Shown here: positions 58,304 to 64,000 of the stretch, one piece after another
Position numbering within the stretch: position 1 is the stretch's first letter
Layout: the number at the start of each line of letters is the position of its first letter
DNA from: Nanobdellota archaeon
Lineage (GTDB): Archaea > Nanobdellota > Nanobdellia > UBA10117 > ARS21
Assembly (NCBI GenBank): GCA_014240455.1
Contig: JAAZWY010000003.1
Coordinates: 1,327 to 65,326, forward strand
Length of the DNA: 64,000 bases
Direction of reading: 5' to 3'
The notes under the pieces: model-generated
Seen by the model: the letters and a program-made list of their open reading frames with translations, nothing else
What the model was told of the DNA's origin: nothing
The model's database searches: none
Position numbers and translations under genes: made by a program

Positions 58304-58376
58304 GCGTCGATGGTGTAGTCTGGTATCATTCTAGCCTTCCAAGCTGGTGACCCGGGTTCAAATCCCGGTCGGCGCA
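58304..58376 (+). tRNA. tRNA-Gly (anticodon TCC)
   Basis: acceptor GCGTCGA/TCGGCGC, anticodon stem CTAGC/GCTGG loop CTTCCAA, T-arm CCGGG-TTCAAAT-CCCGG. Confidence 0.85.
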
Positions 58377-58421
58377 TTTCGCATTGAAAAGTCTTTTAAA
58401 GGCTACATACACAAAAGAACC

Positions 58422-58652
58422 ATGAAACTTAAGAAACTAGCATCAGCAGGTCGTTTCGGAGCACGTTACGGAAGACGAATTAAGCAAAGATTACTTACTT
58501 CAGAAATTCCACAACGAGCAAAACATAAATGTCCATACTGTATGAAAAAAAATGTTAGACGAGTTTCAACAGGGATTTGGCAATGCCGATCCTGCGAAGT
58601 CAAGTTCACTGGGAAAGCTTATACTCCCGGAGAACAGAAGGCGGTAATATAA
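58422..58652 (+). CDS. rpl37ae: ribosomal protein L37ae (eL43)
   Basis: GRFGARYGRRIKQ...KHKCPYCMKKNVRRVSTGIWQCRSC; ORF-track 5' part overlaps tRNA-Gly, trimmed to MKLKKL. Confidence 0.85.
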   Translation: MKLKKLASAGRFGARYGRRIKQRLLTSEIPQRAKHKCPYCMKKNVRRVSTGIWQCRSCEVKFTGKAYTPGEQKAVI

Positions 58653-58789
58653 TGGCTTACACATGTCAAAAATGTTCACATGAAGTAAAACCTGAACAGG
58701 TAAAGTTCAGAGTAATTTGCCCTTACTGCAGTTCAAGAGTTTTAGCAAAACAACGGAGCGCAGAGGCAAAACCTACTTTAGCACGCTAA
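58652..58789 (+). CDS. rpoP: RNA polymerase subunit P (RpoP/Rpb12)
   Basis: 45 aa MAYTCQKCSHEV...VICPYCSSRVLAKQR Zn ribbon; 1-nt overlaps with neighbours. Confidence 0.7.
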   Translation: MAYTCQKCSHEVKPEQVKFRVICPYCSSRVLAKQRSAEAKPTLAR

Positions 58790-59055
58790 TGTTTCAATCC
58801 AAAATAGAAATTAAAGGTAAAAAAGAATTACTCGAAGCCTACAAAGTGGCACTCGAACCCGAGCAAAACTTTGAAACGCAAAGAGCAGGATACAAACTAA
58901 AACCCTCAAAAGACAAACTCACAATCAACATAACTGCCCAAGATGCAACATCTTTCAGAGCAGTTAACTCAACACTTACCGGACTGATGTCAATTGTCTG
59001 GAGAGTATGGAATTTAAAAAATGAAACCAGAAGCACTTCAAGAAAAACTAAATGA
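58789..59055 (+). CDS. pcc1: KEOPS subunit Pcc1
   Basis: IEIKGKKELLEAYKVALEPE...ITAQDATSFRAVNSTL matches Pcc1 pattern; conserved archaeal neighbourhood L37ae-RpoP-Pcc1-PfdB. Confidence 0.55.
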   Translation: MFQSKIEIKGKKELLEAYKVALEPEQNFETQRAGYKLKPSKDKLTINITAQDATSFRAVNSTLTGLMSIVWRVWNLKNETRSTSRKTK

Positions 59056-59362
59056 ACTTAATGTTCTACAACAAAGATTGTCTATTTTTACACAACAAAG
59101 ACAACAATTAGAGCTTTCTAATGCAGAAATAACAACTTCTGCAGAAGAAGTATCAAAAGCTAAGGGAAAAGTATATTCTCTGACTGGAAACGTTATTTTG
59201 GAAAAAGATGCTAAAACTCTAAAAACAGAGCTGGAAACACAAAAAAAGGAAATCAGCAAGCATTTGAAGACCATCGGCGCACAAGAAGAAAAGTTAAAAA
59301 ATAAAGCGTTAGAATTACAAAAAGAAGTAACTGAAGGTTTACAAAATGACAACGCTAAATGA
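59021..59362 (+). CDS. pfdB: prefoldin beta subunit
   Basis: two coiled-coil helices flanking beta-hairpin GKVYSLTGNVILEKDAK. Confidence 0.75.
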   Translation: MKPEALQEKLNELNVLQQRLSIFTQQRQQLELSNAEITTSAEEVSKAKGKVYSLTGNVILEKDAKTLKTELETQKKEISKHLKTIGAQEEKLKNKALELQKEVTEGLQNDNAK

Positions 59363-59594
59363 AGCAATTGAACTCATCGATGAAATTTGCGAAGAGCAAG
59401 GAATGCCAAAAAACATCAAAAATATTCTAATTGAAGTTAGAGGAAGTTTACAAGACAATTCCCGTGACGTCAAACTAATTCTAGATGAAGCAAAAGAAAA
59501 AATTTCAAACTTATCTGAAGATCCAAACTTACAATCCTTCTCAAGAACCCAAATTTGGAACTTATCAAGTGCTTTGGAAGAAGTACAAAGCTAA
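59346..59594 (+). CDS. UPF0147 family protein
   Basis: 82 aa; MPKNIKNILIEV...DPNLQSFSRTQIWNLSSALEEV. Confidence 0.55.
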   Translation: MTTLNEAIELIDEICEEQGMPKNIKNILIEVRGSLQDNSRDVKLILDEAKEKISNLSEDPNLQSFSRTQIWNLSSALEEVQS

Positions 59595-59652
59595 TTTTCT
59601 TTATTCATCAAATCATCTAAAACTTTATAATTGGACAGTAATAAAAAACCGT

Positions 59653-60084
59653 ATGCCAATGAACAAATTAAGGAACAGATTTGGGAGAATCCTAAAGAAT
59701 CCTGGTGATGTAATTTTAACTGAAGATTATGTTGAATTAAACCAAGAGGCAAGAAAGAAACATGCTCCAAGAATTCTAGTCAGAACCTTTAGACTGCACG
59801 ACTTTGAATCAGTAAAAGAAATTCTAGACTCAATTAGAGAAGGATATACTATTGGACTGATTAACATGCTTCCTTTGAAGGACAAAGATTCAATCGGATT
59901 AAAGCGAGCAATTGATAAGCTAAAAAAGACAATTGAAGCAAATGATGGAGATATTGCAGCATTCGGAGAACACTGGCTTGTAGTCACTCCAGGAATTGCA
60001 AAAGTTTATCGCGCATCAATGGCAAAAGCAGAAGAAGCTGAAGGAATGGAAGATGGCACATCAGAGCCAGTTCAACCTTATTAG
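59653..60084 (+). CDS. sepF: SepF-like cell-division protein (DUF552)
   Basis: ORF trimmed to MPMNKLRN; FESVKEILDSIREGYTIGLINMLPL...GDIAAFGEHWLVVTP. Confidence 0.55.
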   Translation: MPMNKLRNRFGRILKNPGDVILTEDYVELNQEARKKHAPRILVRTFRLHDFESVKEILDSIREGYTIGLINMLPLKDKDSIGLKRAIDKLKKTIEANDGDIAAFGEHWLVVTPGIAKVYRASMAKAEEAEGMEDGTSEPVQPY

Positions 60085-60121
60085 ACAAAACTTATTTATA
60101 TGATTGAACATATACTGAGAT

Positions 60122-60286
60122 ATGGCAGTTTCACCTGACGAGTTCATTCTTTTTGCAGCAATAATCGGTCTTTTAATTGGAGTAATTTGGGGATTAAGAT
60201 ATATTGTAAAACTTGAAAAGAGAATTGAATCTCTCGACAAAACAATAAGAAAAGCTGTAGCTCCGGCAAGAAAACGAAAGAGATAA
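60122..60286 (+). CDS. 54-aa single-TM small protein
   Basis: MAVSPDEFILFAAIIGLLIGVIWGL...KRKR; below ORF-track cutoff. Confidence 0.3.
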   Translation: MAVSPDEFILFAAIIGLLIGVIWGLRYIVKLEKRIESLDKTIRKAVAPARKRKR

Positions 60287-60309
60287 AACTCTCTCAGACT
60301 ATTTCTACT

Positions 60310-61074
60310 ATGATTTACACGTTTAAACTATCTGGCGAAAATCTAAATCTATCAAAATTCGAAGTTGAAACTCTTTTCAAAACCAAGTGTACTCGAAGAG
60401 GAAAGATTGCTACTTGTAACTTAACTCAATCTCCAAAGAAACTCAAAGAGATTGCAGAACGTTCCGCACTTATCAAAAAGATTTACAAAAACAATGTTAA
60501 AGTTTGGGAATTCAAACAAGGCAGATACAAACTTAGAGAACCAACCGCACGCCCAGCATTCCATCCAACTGGAATGAAACCAAAAATGGCAAGGATGCTT
60601 GTAAATTTGACTGGAGCTAAAAAAGAAATTCTAGATCCTTTTTGCGGAATCGGAGCAACATTAATTGAAGCAGGAGTATTGGGACTCAAAGTAAGCGGTT
60701 CAGATTATGATCCAAGAATGCTGGATCGAACAAAAACAAATTTAAAATACTACAAAATAAAACCAAAGAAAATTTTCAAAGCAGATGCAACAAAATTATC
60801 AGAACACCTAAGGAAAAATTCACTTGAAGCAATAACTTGTGATCCGCCATATGGACAATCCTCAACTACTTCAGATAAAAATCTAAGAAATCTTTTCAGA
60901 TCTTTCATGAACGAAGCACACAAAGTCCTAAAGAAGAAAGGACGACTTGTAATAATAATTCCAAGCAAGCTAAAAATTCCGGGATTAATTCCAAAAGAAT
61001 TCAAACGGTTAGGAAAGTTTGACTGGTATGTTCATGGAGGATTAACTCGACAAATAGTCGTTCTAGAAAAATGA
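60310..61074 (+). CDS. tRNA (guanine-N2) methyltransferase, Trm11/Trm-G10 family
   Basis: DPFCGIG and DPPYG motifs with THUMP-like N-region. Confidence 0.7.
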   Translation: MIYTFKLSGENLNLSKFEVETLFKTKCTRRGKIATCNLTQSPKKLKEIAERSALIKKIYKNNVKVWEFKQGRYKLREPTARPAFHPTGMKPKMARMLVNLTGAKKEILDPFCGIGATLIEAGVLGLKVSGSDYDPRMLDRTKTNLKYYKIKPKKIFKADATKLSEHLRKNSLEAITCDPPYGQSSTTSDKNLRNLFRSFMNEAHKVLKKKGRLVIIIPSKLKIPGLIPKEFKRLGKFDWYVHGGLTRQIVVLEK

Positions 61075-61955
61075 AGTTCAAATCACGTTTCTTTGCAGCA
61101 CCAATGGTTAGGGTTTCAGATACAGCATTCAGAATAATGTGTTACAAATACGGTGCGGGTTTAGTGTTCACTGAAATGACTTACGCTGCAGCATTAGCAA
61201 GAGGGATTGACAAAGTAAATATTGATCGAAGACAAGAAAAGTCAGTAGGAATTCAATTAGCAGGAACAGACTTGAAAGAATTAGAATCTGCAGTAAAATT
61301 CATTGAAGACAAAGTTGATGTTTTTGATTACAATCTAGGATGCCCGGTGGATAAAGCTCAAAAACAAAAAGTGGGAGCAATTCTACTTGAGGAACCAAGA
61401 TTAGTTAGAAAAATTCTAAACAAAATTGTATCATCAACAAACAAACCGGTCTTTGCAAAAATTCGTTCAGGTTATTCGGACAAAAATATTAATTATCTAA
61501 AAATTGGGAAGATTGCTCAAGATGTTGGTTGTGCAGCAGTAACGCTTCATCCAAGAACTGCAGCAACAAAAAGAGGCGGTGGCGCAAACTGGGAACATAT
61601 TAAGAAATTGAAAAGCAAACTAGATATTCCAGTAATCGGAAACGGAGACGTCAACTCTCCAGAAGATGCATTACAATTAATGAGTACAACTGATTGTGAT
61701 TATGTAATGCTGGGAAGGGCTGCTGCAAAAAACCCAGCGATTTTCAAGCAATGTAATGATTTCATAAAAACTGGAAAATACAAAGAATCAAATCAAATCA
61801 AACTTGCAAACGAATATATTGAACTAACAACGAAATACAACATAAAATTCTCAACAATTAAGAGTCATGTAACATATTTCCTGAAACCTCACGCAGGAAT
61901 AATAAACAAAACCAAAGACCTTAATACTCTAAAAAAGACCTTGAAATCACTATGA
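61071..61955 (+). CDS. dus: tRNA-dihydrouridine synthase
   Basis: FAAPMVRVSDTAFR, FMN-binding TIM barrel pattern, catalytic Cys in LGCP. Confidence 0.85.
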   Translation: MKFKSRFFAAPMVRVSDTAFRIMCYKYGAGLVFTEMTYAAALARGIDKVNIDRRQEKSVGIQLAGTDLKELESAVKFIEDKVDVFDYNLGCPVDKAQKQKVGAILLEEPRLVRKILNKIVSSTNKPVFAKIRSGYSDKNINYLKIGKIAQDVGCAAVTLHPRTAATKRGGGANWEHIKKLKSKLDIPVIGNGDVNSPEDALQLMSTTDCDYVMLGRAAAKNPAIFKQCNDFIKTGKYKESNQIKLANEYIELTTKYNIKFSTIKSHVTYFLKPHAGIINKTKDLNTLKKTLKSL

Positions 61956-62707
61956 ACTTAGTAGACGTACATGCGCATTACACTTACAAGAACTTCCAGA
62001 AAGATATAGATGAAACTATATCACGAATGGAAAAAGCCGGAGTAAAGAAAGTAATTACAAACGGACTCAGTCCAAAAGACAACAAAGAAGTTCTAAAACT
62101 TGCAAGCAAATACAAGATTGTAGATGCTGCTTTAGGAATTTATCCAACAGAAGCAGGAAGTTTATCTGACAAAGAACTCAAAGAGATTCTAAAGCAAATC
62201 GAAGATAACAAAGATAAAATTGTAGCAATCGGCGAAGTTGGTTTAGATCATCATTGGACAAAAGATAAGAAAAAACAAGACAGACAAAAAGAAGTTCTCA
62301 GAGAAATAATCAAATTAGCAAACAAAATTAAGAAACCAATTATCGTTCATTCAAGAAAAGCAGAAGGAGAAACAGTAGAAATAATGAAGGAAGCAAAAGT
62401 TCCAGTAATTATGCATTGTTTTTGTGGAAAAGCGGAACCAACAAAAGAAGCAATTGAAGCAGGATTCTATTTCTCAATTCCAACAATGATTGTGCGAAGT
62501 AAAACATTCAAGAAACTTGTAAAGCGAGCAGGATTAAACAGACTCTTAACTGAAACGGACGCACCTTTCCTTGCACCAAAAGCGGGAGAAAGAAACGATG
62601 CATCAAATATAACTCAGTCAATTACAAAGATTTCAGAAGTTTTAGAAAAGACTGAAAAAGAAGTCACACAAAAAATCTATTCAAACTACAAGAAACTTTT
62701 TACTTAG
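61952..62707 (+). CDS. tatD: TatD-family metal-dependent DNase
   Basis: VDVHAH, GEVGLDHHW, HSR, HCF, TDAP. Confidence 0.85.
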   Translation: MNLVDVHAHYTYKNFQKDIDETISRMEKAGVKKVITNGLSPKDNKEVLKLASKYKIVDAALGIYPTEAGSLSDKELKEILKQIEDNKDKIVAIGEVGLDHHWTKDKKKQDRQKEVLREIIKLANKIKKPIIVHSRKAEGETVEIMKEAKVPVIMHCFCGKAEPTKEAIEAGFYFSIPTMIVRSKTFKKLVKRAGLNRLLTETDAPFLAPKAGERNDASNITQSITKISEVLEKTEKEVTQKIYSNYKKLFT

Positions 62708-63548
62708 TAACATCCCTTTTACCTGAAAAGAACTTTGAAGGCGAAACTCTAAAATCCCAAACCAAGAGAAGTAATACTAACATAACAGTTGCAGCAACCA
62801 ACGAACTCATAAACACATCTAGAATATGAAGATTCATCTGCAACCCAATTCCCCAAAACAGAGACAAAGTTCCAAAGAATATCCACATTCTTCGGTTTGC
62901 AAATAACATTTTAGTTCCTCCAGTTTCAGGAACCATTGCTCTAGCATTTTTCCAAGCAGTACCACCCAACATAAGAAATGCACTAAATATTGCAGACGTT
63001 GGAATTGCACTCCAAATAAGAGTCCAAGATAAAATGCTCAATAAATAATAAGTAACAACACTCTCAAAAGAATTATGAATTAGATAAACAATTGAAGAAA
63101 GCAAAATCAAGAAAACCAACAAAGCACTTCGATAAGCAGTTTCATAGCCCAATCCAGATCGCCACCCTTCTTTCAAGAAAGGTCTATAACTTCGCTTAAA
63201 TTTCAAATCAAAATTCATCAAATCCAAGAATAATACACTTCCATTTGTCAAGATTGCCAAGACAATAATAAAGAAATAATTTACAGGATTATGATTCTTA
63301 GTCATCTCGGCATTTTTGTAAAATAAGAATTTGCTAAACACTCGATAGATAGAAATCAAAAGTAAATAAGAAACAAGTACTGCCAATACAAAACTATACA
63401 GTCCTGCTGAAATACTTGAAGAGTTATAGAATTTCGAATAAGAGATTGCAAAACCAAATAATATTGAAGAAATTAAAACAGGACGCATTTCTGAATCAAC
63501 CTTAGGAATAGTAAATTTACGCTTAGAAGATTTACGACGTCTAGCCAT
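62700..63548 (-). CDS. polytopic membrane protein, unknown function
   Basis: 282 aa, ~8 TM. Confidence 0.45.
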   Translation of the reverse strand: MARRRKSSKRKFTIPKVDSEMRPVLISSILFGFAISYSKFYNSSSISAGLYSFVLAVLVSYLLLISIYRVFSKFLFYKNAEMTKNHNPVNYFFIIVLAILTNGSVLFLDLMNFDLKFKRSYRPFLKEGWRSGLGYETAYRSALLVFLILLSSIVYLIHNSFESVVTYYLLSILSWTLIWSAIPTSAIFSAFLMLGGTAWKNARAMVPETGGTKMLFANRRMWIFFGTLSLFWGIGLQMNLHILDVFMSSLVAATVMLVLLLLVWDFRVSPSKFFSGKRDVTK

Positions 63549-63617
63549 AAGAAGAACTTCAACTACTCAAATAAATATCTTCCCAAAACATATAAACTTC
63601 AAGATATAGTAAAACTC

Positions 63618-63968
63618 ATGAGCGAATTAAAACAGGTTATTCTAGTAAATATGGAACTTGGAATGAGTCGCGGGAAAATAGCAGCCCAAGTTGCACACGC
63701 AGCAGTCGAAGCATCACTTCTTTCAATTAACAGAAAAGAATTTTCAGAATGGCGAAAAAGAGGGATGGCAAAAGTTGTATTGAAATGTCCAGATCTAAAG
63801 ACATTACTTCAAACTCATCGAAATGCAAAAAGAGAAAAACTAATTACTGCATTAATTACCGATGCCGGAAGAACCGAGATTCCTGCAGGAAGCAAAACTT
63901 GTTTAGCAATTGGACCAAATTCAAACGTAAAAATCGACAAAATAATCAAAGATTTCAAGCTTTTATGA
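63618..63968 (+). CDS. pth2: peptidyl-tRNA hydrolase Pth2 (archaeal type)
   Basis: KQVILVNMELGMSRGKIAAQVAHAAV. Confidence 0.85.
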   Translation: MSELKQVILVNMELGMSRGKIAAQVAHAAVEASLLSINRKEFSEWRKRGMAKVVLKCPDLKTLLQTHRNAKREKLITALITDAGRTEIPAGSKTCLAIGPNSNVKIDKIIKDFKLL

Positions 63969-64000
63969 ATTCAGAAATAACCCATTCATTTCTAACTTCA

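Overview
AT-rich archaeal chromosome segment of about 64 kb. Gene content suggests a small-genome DPANN-type archaeon. No transposase, integrase, CRISPR array or obvious prophage is present.

Informational genes are dense and often overlap by 1-4 nt: FEN1, PCNA, EF-1beta, TrpRS, a catalytic-only ThrRS, TruD, Trm5, Trm11, Dus, Dph5, a split Dph2, L10e, L37ae, RpoP, Pcc1, prefoldin beta, Rpp21, TFS-like, Pth2, ThyA/Tmk, Nth, Ogg, TatD, IscS/IscU, MC1 and SepF.

Six tRNA genes are present: Leu-CAA, Val-TAC, Trp-CCA, Thr-CGT, Arg-CCT and Gly-TCC. None encodes CCA. There is also a solitary 5S rRNA.

The most striking feature is a roughly 20-kb cell-surface appendage locus at 15.5-35.3 kb. It contains a FlaI/GspE-family secretion ATPase and a FlaJ/TadC-family platform protein, then an overlapping operon of at least 11 proteins with archaeal class III (prepilin-type, K/R-G-Q) signal peptides, including tiny ones missed by the ORF track. 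Upstream sit a PKD-domain membrane protein, two paralogous 4-TM proteins and a family of coiled-coil proteins. These coiled-coil proteins share an N-terminal hydrophobic-F-x-(K/R)KK motif that resembles ESCRT-III/CHMP6 and PspA/Vipp1 N-termini. No prepilin peptidase is recognisable in the window.

Other notable points:
- Dph2 is split into two genes by an inserted membrane-protein gene.
- A PEP-synthase-like protein lacks its catalytic His.
- The MC1 chromatin gene is anomalously GC-rich.
- A PIN-PilT ATPase gene has no canonical start for its PIN domain.
- An S-layer-like glycoprotein and several glycosyltransferases are present.
- Secreted or membrane-anchored HKD nuclease and S1 protease are present.
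- Paralogous thrombospondin-type-3-like calcium-binding repeat proteins occur twice.
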